Shown piece by piece: positions 1 through 8,303 of a DNA stretch of 64,000 bases. A program made the position numbers and the translations under genes. The stretch spans positions 1,391 through 65,390 of the forward strand of contig JACRGV010000005.1 of the NCBI GenBank assembly GCA_016212215.1. Reading direction: 5' to 3'. The stretch's first letter is position 1; each line of letters begins with the position of its first letter. The notes under the pieces are model-generated. The model was not told the origin of the DNA and did not search any database. It was given only the letters and a program-made list of their open reading frames with translations. This DNA comes from Nitrospirota bacterium (GTDB taxonomy: Bacteria > Nitrospirota > 9FT-COMBO-42-15 > HDB-SIOI813).

Positions 1-571
1 AGAGAACAATCTCCGTCGAATGGGTAAAATACCTACAAGAAAGATTCGGAGGCGCGTTGCGTTTGTACCAAATAATATCATTAAGAATTTTATATCCAAG
101 CTCCTGCATAGCGAAGCCTATGGAGTAAATAATATGAGTTGTGCCGGAAACCCAAATCGTACCGTTAGGTTTCAAGACTCTCTGGCAAGCTCTAAGCCAG
201 TCAAGGGTAAACTCATGATTCTCTTTTACTCCCTTAGATTTATCCCACTTTCCCTTGTTTACAGAAACCATCTTTCCAGCATGGCAGGTAATTCCTCCGT
301 TAGAAAGAAAGTAAGGAGGATCTGCAAAAATCATGTCAACACTGTTTTCCCTTGCCTTATTCAAAATCTCGATGCAATCGCCTTTAAGAAGTTTTAATGA
401 ATATTCAGGGTTGTCATAATAAACAGTGAAAGGTCTTTTGCCGTTATTCCCGTATGTGGCTGTTTCTTCTGATATATAAAATTCAACGGGATGTTCAAGG
501 CTATGCCCGATTGACTTATTAAGCAGTACGGTAGTTCTTGCTTTTTTTTTATTGTCTGTTGGTTTTATCAT
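1..571 (-). CDS. Site-specific DNA methyltransferase (N6-adenine/N4-cytosine, beta-class). 5' portion only; the C-terminus runs off the window edge.
   Basis: Minus-strand translation from the ATG at complement(569-571): MIKPTDNKKKARTTVLLNKSIGHSLEHPV...DMIFADPPYFLSNGG...WVSGTTH. It carries the DPPY catalytic motif of amino-MTases. It is absent from the ORF track because it is open to the window edge. Confidence 0.75.
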   Translation of the reverse strand, partial: MIKPTDNKKKARTTVLLNKSIGHSLEHPVEFYISEETATYGNNGKRPFTVYYDNPEYSLKLLKGDCIEILNKARENSVDMIFADPPYFLSNGGITCHAGKMVSVNKGKWDKSKGVKENHEFTLDWLRACQRVLKPNGTIWVSGTTHIIYSIGFAMQELGYKILNDIIWYKRNAPPNLSCRYFTHSTEIVL

Positions 572-626
572 GGTTGTTTTTCATTAAAGGCATTCTAAGG
601 TGAACTAAGATGAAATCAATTGATAA

Positions 627-818
627 TTATTCCTCAAGCATGTCTGCAATAAACTGAATTGCATCAGGGTTTGCCTTGTATTTCCGCAGTAAAACGACAA
701 TCTCATTAATTGTCATATACCCGTTTTCAGAAATAACATCATTCTCCGGAATAAACGTTTTGTTTACTGTTAGCATGGTGTTCTCCTTTTGTCTTTCTGT
801 TTGTTTTTCAAATTCCAT
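627..818 (-). CDS. Small hypothetical protein immediately upstream of the methyltransferase.
   Basis: 63-aa ORF co-oriented with and 55 bp upstream of the MTase. It has no recognisable motif; it could be a controller or accessory protein, or noise. Confidence 0.3.
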   Translation of the reverse strand: MEFEKQTERQKENTMLTVNKTFIPENDVISENGYMTINEIVVLLRKYKANPDAIQFIADMLEE

Positions 819-1450
819 CTATCCTTTAGATTCCATACTTTTTGCACTAAATGAGTCAACTCAACCAATTAAATAATAACCCTATCTAATACGTATTTGC
901 TTTTCTTCTGATGTTAAAGTAGCAGGATGAGACTATGCTGTCAATAGGAATTTTGCCTGTTGTCAAACTTTGTCAAACCTTGTTGTTGAAAGCAAATAAC
1001 CTGCGGTTTATCTTTATTTCATTAATTGCTACCTTCTCCCTTACCTCATAAAAGGGATATTTGCTGAACATCTCTTTTCGGTGTTCAAGGGTGGGGATAT
1101 ATTTTGCAGCAACATCTCCTATCATTTCCTACTATCTCCGTTATAGTTTAAGGTTACAAAGATTACAAGTAAAAGACGCCAAATTCTAACATTTAGAAAG
1201 AAGCATGTAAACATGCTTCAGTTGCCCCCTTGCATGTTTTTTTCCAGCCTTTTTATCCTCTTCCTGTCTTCAAGTATAATCGCTACAAGCATGGCCTCAT
1301 AAGGGGTGACCCATAGAGGCGTACGCCTGTGCCTGAACGTGCCTGCGTATGTCAATCCAGCATCTCATCAAGGATGGTCTGGCCTTCCTTTCTGAGTGCC
1401 CGGCGGAACTTCTGCCAGCGAAGCCGCTCTTCGTCAAGCAGCATTGTTGG

Positions 1451-1577
1451 CAGCAATTCTCGGTGAATCATATCTCCCTTGCTAATACGGGACAAGAATG
1501 TCCCGCCTATCGCGATAGGCGGGGTTTTCTAACCCCGCTGTAAGAGCATTTGCCCGATATTTCACCGAGAATTGCTG
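1451..1577. mobile_element. MITE copy A: 127 bp with perfect 17-bp terminal inverted repeats (CAGCAATTCTCGGTGAA / TTCACCGAGAATTGCTG), flanked by a 9-bp direct duplication CATTGTTGG.
   Basis: TIRs and TSD were read directly from the sequence. The interior holds nested hairpins (GGGACAAGAATGTCCC; GCCTATCGCGATAGGC; GGCGGGGTTTTCTAACCCCGC). A second near-identical copy lies at 6341-6467. Confidence 0.8.
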
Positions 1578-1683
1578 CATTGTTGGTGTGGGAAGGGTTC
1601 TACCCATTTAGTACCTCATTTCAAATTTATCCACTTCAAATCCCCCCATCCCCCCTTTTCTAAAGAGGGGTATATGAGTTTCT

Positions 1684-1735
1684 CTTGCTTCTTACTTCTG
1701 ACTTCTGCTTACTGCTAACACCTTACTGCTCACTA
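1684..1735. repeat. Heptanucleotide tandem array (CTTNCTN)n.
   Basis: cttacttctgacttctgcttactgctaac..., with 7-nt periodicity, downstream of the lexA stop. Confidence 0.7.
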
Positions 1736-2317
1736 TTTTATCGCCCTGTACAACCCAACAACCTTGCCCAGAATCTCAGGCTGAGGTATATGCCCTTTAA
1801 GGGGAATATCTTTATATGCAGGGTTCGCAGGTTCAAGGAAGACATCTTTCCCTTTCTTTCTAAATGTCTTTACTGTTGCCTCGTCACCAATAAGGGCTAC
1901 AACTATATCTCCTGAATCAGCAGTCTCCTGTTGTTTTACGATAATATAGTCACCATCGAACATGCCTGCACCTGTCATGCTGTCTCCACGCACCCTGAGT
2001 GCAAAATGCACTGAACTGCCCACAAACTTAGCATCAAGAGGAAGCGTGCCTTCTATATTCTCAACAGCCAGAACCGGCATCCCGGCTGCAACACGCCCGA
2101 CCACAGGTATCCCCTCTCCCCTGAAATAGCGGCCATGCAATACCTCAACAGCCCTTCGTTTTCCTGGAGAACATCTCAGATACCCCTTTTTCTCAAGCGC
2201 CCTCAGATGGTCTTTAACACCCTTTACTGTAATACCACCCATAGCCTTCGTCATCTCATAAAGCGTCGGGGGATACCCCAATCCGGCCATTGTGGTCTCT
2301 ATATATGACAACAACTG
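1733..2317 (-). CDS. lexA: LexA repressor (S24 peptidase family).
   Basis: The N-terminal DNA-binding region reads ...LTLRQQQLLSYIETTMAGLGYPPTLYEMTKAMG. The C-terminal autocleavage domain has the GDSM serine motif and a conserved Lys. The frame stays open upstream to ...KLTALTLRQQQ with no canonical ATG (a TTG start was assumed). Confidence 0.9.
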   Translation of the reverse strand, partial: QLLSYIETTMAGLGYPPTLYEMTKAMGGITVKGVKDHLRALEKKGYLRCSPGKRRAVEVLHGRYFRGEGIPVVGRVAAGMPVLAVENIEGTLPLDAKFVGSSVHFALRVRGDSMTGAGMFDGDYIIVKQQETADSGDIVVALIGDEATVKTFRKKGKDVFLEPANPAYKDIPLKGHIPQPEILGKVVGLYRAIK

Positions 2318-2365
2318 CTGCTGCCTTAATGTAAGTGCCGTAAGTTTTTAATCCGTCATAAACAA

Positions 2366-2388
2366 ACTATACTATATATAAGTATAGT
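2366..2388. promoter_or_regulatory. Candidate LexA operator (SOS box): perfect palindrome ACTATACT-ATATATA-AGTATAGT in the divergent lexA/truA promoter region.
   Basis: 8-bp perfect inverted arms with a 7-bp AT spacer, about 30 bp upstream of lexA. It is the only strong palindrome in this intergenic region. Confidence 0.45.
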
Positions 2389-2461
2389 ATGTCAACCCCT
2401 GTTTTATATTTTATGTACCTGCTTGCAAAAATATTGAAGTCGGGTTAATCTCTCAACTTCA

Positions 2462-3265
2462 GTGATGACAAATAATATAAAACTTCTTATTGAGTACGAT
2501 GGGACGAACTATCACGGCTGGCAGAGGCAGGCAAATCTCCTGACAGTACAGGAGGTGCTTGAAGAGGTACTTGGTCGCATTACAAAACAGACCATTAAGG
2601 TAACCGGGGCCTCCCGTACTGATGCGGGCGTACATGCATTAGGACAGTCCGTAAGTTTTAAGAGCAATCTTCAAATAGATGAAACCTCATGGGTAAAGGC
2701 CATCAACTCATTGCTCCCCCATGACATAAGGATAAAAAAAGCAGAGTATGTGCCTATGGAATTTAATGCAAGATTCAGTGCAAAGGGAAAGACATACCAG
2801 TATGCAATATTGAATGTTGAGCAGATGTCTCCTTTCCTGAGGAACTACGCATGGCACATAAAAAGGCCTCTTGATATATATGCAATGAAGGAGGCTGCAG
2901 GGTATCTCTTGGGTACCCATGATTTTTCTTCTTTCAGGTCATCACAGTGCAGTGCCAAATCTCCGGTCAGGACATTGGAGAATATTGAGGTTGCTATGTT
3001 AATCCCCCCTCCCTTGACTGGAGGGGAAAAGGGGGAGGGTGAGCTACGAGTATTTCCAGATAATCCCCTTATCCTTCTCACCTTTGAGGCACGTTCATTC
3101 CTTCAACACATGGTCAGGAATATTGTGGGGACACTTGTGGAGGTTGGAAGAGGGAGGTTTAAACCTGCAGATGTTAAAAATATTTTAGAGAAAAAAGACC
3201 GTCGTCACGCAGGACAGATTGCCCCTTCGCAGGGATTGTTTCTGGTAAAAATAAAGTACGGGTAA
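2462..3265 (+). CDS. truA: tRNA pseudouridine(38-40) synthase TruA, carrying an in-frame repeat insertion.
   Basis: MMTNNIKLLIEYDGTNYHGWQRQ...RTDAGVHA (catalytic Asp)...FLQHMVRNIVGTLVEVG. The segment MLIPPPLTGGEKGEGELRV has no counterpart in other TruA proteins and is encoded by a GC-hairpin repeat copy. Confidence 0.9.
   Translation: MMTNNIKLLIEYDGTNYHGWQRQANLLTVQEVLEEVLGRITKQTIKVTGASRTDAGVHALGQSVSFKSNLQIDETSWVKAINSLLPHDIRIKKAEYVPMEFNARFSAKGKTYQYAILNVEQMSPFLRNYAWHIKRPLDIYAMKEAAGYLLGTHDFSSFRSSQCSAKSPVRTLENIEVAMLIPPPLTGGEKGEGELRVFPDNPLILLTFEARSFLQHMVRNIVGTLVEVGRGRFKPADVKNILEKKDRRHAGQIAPSQGLFLVKIKYG
3004..3044. repeat. GC-rich palindromic hairpin repeat (CCCTCCC-N-GGGGAGGG family), inserted in-frame inside truA.
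   Basis: cccccctcccttgactggaggggaaaagggggagggtgagc. The same family recurs about 30 times in the window. Confidence 0.8.
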
Positions 3266-3295
3266 GTACCCTCCTTCCGTTAGCCGGGAAAATAA

Positions 3296-3634
3296 TTATT
3301 TTTTCTGTGATACAATCTTTGACAGCCTGCCCTTTTCCCTGAGCTGTTCTATCATTACCTCACGCATCAGCTTACATGCCTGAACCACCTTCAGGTTTGA
3401 AATCCTGTAATAGATATTCACCCCATCCCTGCGGAAGTTGAGTATACCCTTTGCCTTCATAATAGAAAGGTGCTGGGACAGGTTTGCCGGCCTGATATCC
3501 ATCTTCTCAGCAATCTCACCCACTGAAAGCTCTTTATCACCAAGAATACTTATAATCTCAAGCCTCTTTGCATTTGCCATAATCTGACAGATACCCGCAT
3601 GCAGTTCAAAAATATCTTTGTCCATATTTAACAC
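3296..3634 (-). CDS. ArsR/SmtB-family transcriptional regulator.
   Basis: Winged-HTH core ICQIMANAKRLEIISILGDKELSVGEIAEKMDIRPANLSQHLSIMKAKGIL. Confidence 0.8.
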   Translation of the reverse strand: MLNMDKDIFELHAGICQIMANAKRLEIISILGDKELSVGEIAEKMDIRPANLSQHLSIMKAKGILNFRRDGVNIYYRISNLKVVQACKLMREVMIEQLREKGRLSKIVSQKK

Positions 3635-3766
3635 CCTCTGAATAAGTTTCGAAACTATGAAACTACTATACTAATTAAAGATAATGGTGTCAATCATTAG
3701 GCTGTTAACAGTACCTTTTGAAGTTTATACTGAAATCAGCGGCGGCGTTTTATTGTTATTATTATA

Positions 3767-4543
3767 TTATATTGGTGTGTTCATGATTTTTTGTGAGAGT
3801 GTTGATTCCCAGCACTGAAGTGTCTTTATTGCGTTGAATTCAGTAAGGTCAAGGCGGAGGGGGGTTATTGATACCATGTTTTCTTCGATTGCTGAGAAAT
3901 CGCTGTCTTCTGTCTTCTCCCATGAGAGTCTGCTCCCGCCGATCCAGTAATATTTCCGGCCCCTCGGATCTACTTTCTCAACTATCGCATTTTTGTCGTA
4001 TATACGCTTACCCTGACGTGTTATCTTCATCCCTCTTATCTCACTCATATCCAGATTGGGGACATTTACATTAAGTAAGACACCGGCAGGCAATGATTGC
4101 TCTTTGACTAATGCGGCAATAATACATGCAATCCGGGCAGATGTCTCAAACTTATAATCTCCCTCTGCAACCTGTGATACAGCAAATGACGGGACTCCGA
4201 GTAATGTGCCTTCAAATGCTGCGGACACTGTCCCTGAATATGTAACATCATCTCCAAGATTTGCACCCTTATTTATACCCGATACAACAATATCCGGCTT
4301 TGCCGGGAGTATCCCATTGATGGCAAGATTAACACAATCAGTCGGCGTACCGCTTACGCTATAGGTTTTATCAGCAACCTCATCCATTCTCAGAGGCTTG
4401 TGTAATGTGAGTGCATGACTTGCCGCAGTCCTCTCCCTGTCAGGAGCAACAATATACACCTCACCAATGACTCTGAGTGCATCAGCAAGTATGTGAAGCC
4501 CCTTTGAATGTATACCATCGTCGTTAGAAACTAAAATTAGCAT
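3767..4543 (-). CDS. surE: 5'/3'-nucleotidase SurE.
   Basis: N-terminus MLILVSNDDGIHSKGL...; the SurE signature DDG and the overall length match. Confidence 0.9.
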   Translation of the reverse strand: MLILVSNDDGIHSKGLHILADALRVIGEVYIVAPDRERTAASHALTLHKPLRMDEVADKTYSVSGTPTDCVNLAINGILPAKPDIVVSGINKGANLGDDVTYSGTVSAAFEGTLLGVPSFAVSQVAEGDYKFETSARIACIIAALVKEQSLPAGVLLNVNVPNLDMSEIRGMKITRQGKRIYDKNAIVEKVDPRGRKYYWIGGSRLSWEKTEDSDFSAIEENMVSITPLRLDLTEFNAIKTLQCWESTLSQKIMNTPI

Positions 4544-4574
4544 ATTTTTAAAAAATCTCCATCCAAAAATCTCT

Positions 4575-4650
4575 CCGGCGGGGTAAGAAAACCCCGCCTA
4601 TCCAGATATATATCAAGGATAGGTGGGACATTCTTGTCCCACTCATTTTC
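4575..4650. repeat. Hairpin-module repeat element (GGCGGGGTAAGAAAACCCCGCC ... GGATAGGTGGGACATTCTTGTCCC), related to the element at 6311-6527 and to the MITE interior.
   Basis: The modules GCGGGGT..ACCCCGC and GGGACATTCTTGTCCC are shared with the other copy and, in inverted orientation, with the MITE core. Confidence 0.65.
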
Positions 4651-4759
4651 ATCCTTTGTGAGCCTATGCTCATGAATCTTTCATTTAATCATTTGACATT
4701 CATTTGGACTTTGATTTTTGATATTTGGATTTATTTCTCTGTGCCTCTGTGGTTATTAT

Positions 4760-4836
4760 TGGTCGGGGCGAGCCGATTTGAACGGCCGGCCACTCCCACC
4801 CCAAGGGAGTGCGCTACCGGGCTGCGCCACGCCCCG
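4760..4836 (-). tRNA. tRNA-Pro (anticodon GGG).
   Basis: Manual fold of the minus strand. Acceptor CGGGGCG/CGCCCCG, D-stem GCGC/GCGC, anticodon stem CUCCC/GGGAG with loop UUGGGGU (anticodon GGG), T-arm GGCCG-UUCAAAU-CGGCU, discriminator A and an encoded CCA. Confidence 0.75.
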
Positions 4837-4839
4837 AAA

Positions 4840-5139
4840 TTAAGACTTCAATAGATTTAGGACACCTTTTAAATCTTCAATGACCTTCTTAATAACCTTA
4901 CTGTCTTTACCGGACTGGTCCTGAAGTTTTTTTCTGGCCCCTGCAATAGTAAAGCCCTCTTCATAGAGCATCTTTTTGATATTCAATATCGCATCAATAT
5001 CTTTTTGCTCGTAAACCCTCTGACCGCCTCTGTTCTTACGGGGAGATAAAAAACGAAATTCTGTTTCCCAGTATCTCAGGACGTAAGACTCAAGTCCTGT
5101 AATTTTGCTGACTTCACTTATCTTGTAGAATAGCTTCAT
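4840..5139 (-). CDS. MerR-family transcriptional regulator.
   Basis: N-terminal MerR HTH: [38 protein letters not shown]. Confidence 0.8.
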   Translation of the reverse strand: MKLFYKISEVSKITGLESYVLRYWETEFRFLSPRKNRGGQRVYEQKDIDAILNIKKMLYEEGFTIAGARKKLQDQSGKDSKVIKKVIEDLKGVLNLLKS

Positions 5140-5167
5140 GATGGTAAAAGTAGATTAGAAACTACAA

Positions 5168-5362
5168 GGTCAGGCCCTAAGGTCTGTCATAAAATAACCT
5201 ATACATTTATGCATCTCATCTTCCGGCCATCTTTGTGTGCTCCTCAATCGCAACCCCTCAGCGTAGATTCTACTACGCCTTCGGGTTTGCTCAATCGGTC
5301 GCACTCAAACCTGACCGAAATCTGAGCGCCTAAATGCACAAGTTATTTCATGACAGACCCTA
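5168..5362 (-). other. About 195-bp element bounded by 15-16-bp inverted repeats (CTTAGGGTCTGTCAT / ATGACAGACCTTAGGG), lying between the ihf stop and the merR start. Candidate structured ncRNA or second MITE-like element.
   Basis: The long-range inverted repeat and an internal hairpin (CGTAG-TAGAAT-CTACG) were read directly. No coding potential. Confidence 0.25.
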
Positions 5363-5406
5363 AGTGAATTTTATATAAACTTCATGCCGCTTCCTAACTC
5401 TGACCT

Positions 5407-5709
5407 TTATTCCTCATCAACCGCATCAATCTTTTCACCGTTAATATACTGTTTAAATATATGGCTTGGCCTGAATGTTACAACCCTGCGGGGTGTTATA
5501 CCAATCTCTTCACCGGTCTTTGGATTGCGCCCCTTTCTCTCACGTTTTTTCCTTATAACAAAATTTCCAAAGCCTGCTATCTTCACTGTCTCACCATGTT
5601 TAAGGCTATCCTTCAGAGTATCCAGGATAAGCTCAACAATATCGAGCGCCTCTTTTTTTGAAATCCCAATCTTGTCATACAGCTCACCGGCAATATCTGC
5701 TTTCTTCAC
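5407..5709 (-). CDS. Integration host factor / HU-family DNA-binding protein.
   Basis: GFGNFVIRKKRERKGRNPKTGEEIGITPRRVVTFRPS is the IHF/HU beta-arm signature. The ihf-MerR pairing is a conserved arrangement. Confidence 0.85.
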   Translation of the reverse strand: MKKADIAGELYDKIGISKKEALDIVELILDTLKDSLKHGETVKIAGFGNFVIRKKRERKGRNPKTGEEIGITPRRVVTFRPSHIFKQYINGEKIDAVDEE

Positions 5710-5798
5710 AAACTATTCCTCCGAAAAACCTAAGCAAATTAACCTAAACTTCCGGTTACTAAGACCCCGAAAATATTATTATAAATAGAAACCAGTGT

Positions 5799-5838
5799 CA
5801 CCCCTCCCCTTAATCCCCTCCCGCAAGGGGAGGGAAAA
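5799..5838. repeat. GC-hairpin repeat copy.
   Basis: cacccctccccttaatcccctcccgcaaggggaggg. Confidence 0.75.
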
Positions 5839-5848
5839 AGTTAGAAAG

Positions 5849-6280
5849 TCAAGGATGCTTCACTGAAATGATCACAGGATTATATTTACCATCTTTAAGA
5901 GCACTTTTATTGTATAACCATATTCCTACATAAAAAATAATCATAAACAATATTCCGGACAGGGCAGCATAAGGGTCTGAACCTGTTACAGCCTTGCCCA
6001 CGAAACTGCCTATAAAGAAACCGATTAGAGGTACCATATACGCAATAAAAGATGCCGTTAAAAAAGTCTTGGACCTCATTGAAACCTCTACCATTTCCCC
6101 AACAGAAGCGCCAAGTTCATTCTTTGCTTCAATAACTACATTTGTATCTGACCCTGACGAGGGCTTGCACAAACTCTTTGATGCACAGCTTCCGCATGAT
6201 GTCCCGCGAACAGCCCTGACCTTCGCCATCCCGTTATGCACCTCAATCACGATGCCTTCTTCTGTCATTCCTTCCTGCAT
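5849..6280 (-). CDS. RseC/MucC-family protein (sigma-E positive regulator / SoxR-reducing system component).
   Basis: N-terminal GIVIEVHNGMAKVRAVRGTSCGSCASKSLC Cys cluster, followed by two hydrophobic helices. Confidence 0.6.
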   Translation of the reverse strand: MQEGMTEEGIVIEVHNGMAKVRAVRGTSCGSCASKSLCKPSSGSDTNVVIEAKNELGASVGEMVEVSMRSKTFLTASFIAYMVPLIGFFIGSFVGKAVTGSDPYAALSGILFMIIFYVGIWLYNKSALKDGKYNPVIISVKHP

Positions 6281-6310
6281 ATTAAAACTCCTTACACCAT
6301 ACCCGAAAAT

Positions 6311-6527
6311 CCCTACGGCGGGGTAAGAAAACCCCGCCTACAGCAATTCTCTGTGAATCATATCTCCATTGCTAATACGGGACAAGAATGTCCCGCCTAT
6401 CGCGATAGGCGGGGTTTTCTAACCCCGCTGTAAGAGCATTTGCCCGATATTTCACCGAGAATTGCTGACCCCGCCTATCCATTTCTATGAGGATAGGCGG
6501 GACATTCTTGTCCCGCTGATTTTCTAA
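6311..6527. repeat. Hairpin-module repeat element (second copy of the 4575-4650 type), split by the nested MITE insertion.
   Basis: cggcggggtaagaaaaccccgccta | MITE | tccatttctatgaggataggcgggacattcttgtcccgc. Confidence 0.7.
6341..6467. mobile_element. MITE copy B: 127 bp with the same 17-bp TIRs, flanked by the 9-bp duplication CCCCGCCTA, inserted into another repeat element.
   Basis: Near-identical to copy A (about 3 substitutions). The TSD was read directly: aaaaCCCCGCCTA|cagcaatt...aattgctg|aCCCCGCCTAtcc. Confidence 0.8.
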
Positions 6528-6622
6528 CTGCCTGTCATGGTTCGACAGGCTCACCATGGCACCTTGGCTGTCATCCTGAGCTTGTCGAAGGATGACCCGA
6601 TTTCCGCTTACCTTTATGACTC

Positions 6623-8206
6623 CTACCCATCATTCATCACCTTATCTTTGAGTAACTTATATTCTATGCTATCCACAAGTGCCAACCAGCTTGCCTCAAT
6701 GATATTATCTGAAACCCCTACTGTCCCCCACTTTCTCTGTTTATCCCCTGATTCAATCAAGACCCTCACCCTTGAGGCCGTACCTCTCACGCCTGTAAGT
6801 ACCCTCACCTTATAATCAATTAAGCCGACATCTTTGAGTGATGGATAAAACTTTTCAAGTGCCTTTCTTAGTGCATTATCAAGTGCATTAACAGGGCCAT
6901 TTCCGACTGCCGCAGTATGCTCAATATCACCGTCTACATTAAGCATTATCGTTGCCTCTGATTCCGTAGATGCCCCTTCTTTTCTCTTCTCCACAATAAC
7001 CCTGAAGCCTATAAGGTTAAAAAAACTCTTATGAAGGCCAAGCGACCTCTTCATCAGGAGTTCAAATGACCCCTCAGCGCCCTCAAACTGATACCCCTTG
7101 TCTTCCATCTCCTTCAATACATTCAGTACATTCTGCAATTTCGGATGGTCTTCCTGTTTAACAATAATACCGTAATCACCGGCCTTCTGAAGAATAGTGC
7201 TTATGCCTGAATAGTCCGATACAAGCATCCTCCGGACATTTCCCACGTCACCAGGATTTACATGCTCATAGGTATTTGATTTCTTCCTGACTGCATGAAC
7301 ATGAAGCCCGCCTTTATGTGTAAAGGCGCTGTCCCCTACATAAGGCTGGCGTCTGTTTGGAGGTATATTGGCTATCTCACTTACAAAATGCGATACATTA
7401 CGCAGATTTCTGAGCTGCTGGTCAGGTATGCAGTCTATATCAAGTTTCAGTTTCAGGTTCGGTATTATTGAACAAAGATTGGCATTCCCGCACCTTTCCC
7501 CCAAGCCATTGATCGTCCCCTGAACATGAGATGCCCCTGCCTCCACTGCCATAATTGAATTGGCAACCGCAAGGTCAGAGTCGTTGTGGGCATGTATCCC
7601 GTAAGATACCTTTACCTCACGCCTTGTATCTTTAAATATCCTCTTTATATCATCAGGCATGGTCCCGCCGTTGGTATCACAGAGTACAACACAATCCGCC
7701 CCGCCTTCGAGAGATGCCTGAAGTGTCTGAATTGCAAATTCCGCATTAGCCTTGAAACCATCGAAGTAATGTTCAGCGTCAAAGAATACATACTTACCTT
7801 CTGACTTCAGATATGAAACAGATTCTTTTATCATCTCTAAATTCTTTTTCAGGGTTATGCCGAGTGCCTCTGTTACATGAAAATCCCAGCTCTTACCGAC
7901 TATTGTAACACAACCGGTCTCTGCCTGCAGAAGTGCAGTAATATTAGGGTCTTTCTTTACATTAGTAGCAGCCTTCTTTGTACTGCCGAAGGCTACTATT
8001 TTTGAATTATTAAGATGAAGATTCTTTACCTCTTTGAAGAACCTTGTATCTTTTGGATTTGCACCAGGGAATCCTCCCTCAATATAATGGACACCAAGAG
8101 AATCCAGCTTTCCGACAATCCTAAGCTTATCTTCAAGCGTAAAAGAGACATCCTCAGCCTGCGCCCCATCACGGAGGGTTGTATCGTAAATTAGTATTTT
8201 TCTCAT
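6623..8206 (-). CDS. cimA: (R)-citramalate synthase / 2-isopropylmalate synthase family, with a LeuA-type C-terminal regulatory domain.
   Basis: MRKILIYDTTLRDGAQAEDVSFTLEDKLRI... DRE-TIM metallolyase N-terminus. The 527-aa length and the C-terminal allosteric domain are typical of CimA. Confidence 0.75.
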   Translation of the reverse strand: MRKILIYDTTLRDGAQAEDVSFTLEDKLRIVGKLDSLGVHYIEGGFPGANPKDTRFFKEVKNLHLNNSKIVAFGSTKKAATNVKKDPNITALLQAETGCVTIVGKSWDFHVTEALGITLKKNLEMIKESVSYLKSEGKYVFFDAEHYFDGFKANAEFAIQTLQASLEGGADCVVLCDTNGGTMPDDIKRIFKDTRREVKVSYGIHAHNDSDLAVANSIMAVEAGASHVQGTINGLGERCGNANLCSIIPNLKLKLDIDCIPDQQLRNLRNVSHFVSEIANIPPNRRQPYVGDSAFTHKGGLHVHAVRKKSNTYEHVNPGDVGNVRRMLVSDYSGISTILQKAGDYGIIVKQEDHPKLQNVLNVLKEMEDKGYQFEGAEGSFELLMKRSLGLHKSFFNLIGFRVIVEKRKEGASTESEATIMLNVDGDIEHTAAVGNGPVNALDNALRKALEKFYPSLKDVGLIDYKVRVLTGVRGTASRVRVLIESGDKQRKWGTVGVSDNIIEASWLALVDSIEYKLLKDKVMNDG

Positions 8207-8220
8207 ATATTCTTTTATAG

Positions 8221-8303
8221 GTTATGGGTAACGGGTTACAGGTAATGAGTAAGAAGTATCCCTTCTTGCTTCTTACCTCTAACTTCTAACTTCTTCCTTC
8301 CAG
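8221..8303. repeat. Heptanucleotide arrays in both orientations (GGTTATG/GGTAACG... then CTTCTTG/CTTCTTA/CCTCTAA...).
   Basis: 7-nt periodicity read directly. The two oppositely oriented halves can pair as a long imperfect hairpin, lying between the lysC stop and the cimA start. Confidence 0.7.

Noticed and set aside
20-397. Plus-strand 125-aa ORF at the window start.
   Set aside because: It lies antisense to the clearly conserved DPPY methyltransferase on the minus strand, and its translation is low-complexity with no motif.
1349-1543. 64-aa plus-strand ORF (and its twin at 6236-6433) ending ...FSVNHISLANTGQECPAYRDRRGFLTPL.
   Set aside because: Both run through the two MITE copies. The shared C-terminus is simply the MITE read in one frame.
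5168-5362. SRP RNA (4.5S) identity for the IR-closed element, prompted by an AGGUCAGG-like stretch.
   Set aside because: It lacks the conserved GGAAGCAGCC domain IV motif.
5384-5788. 134-aa plus-strand ORF.
   Set aside because: Antisense to the well-conserved IHF/HU gene.
6530-6622. Hairpins downstream of cimA (GCCTGTC..GACAGGC; GTCATCC..GGATGAC) as a terminator.
   Set aside because: There is no U-tract on the transcribed strand. They are more likely additional repeat modules than an intrinsic terminator.
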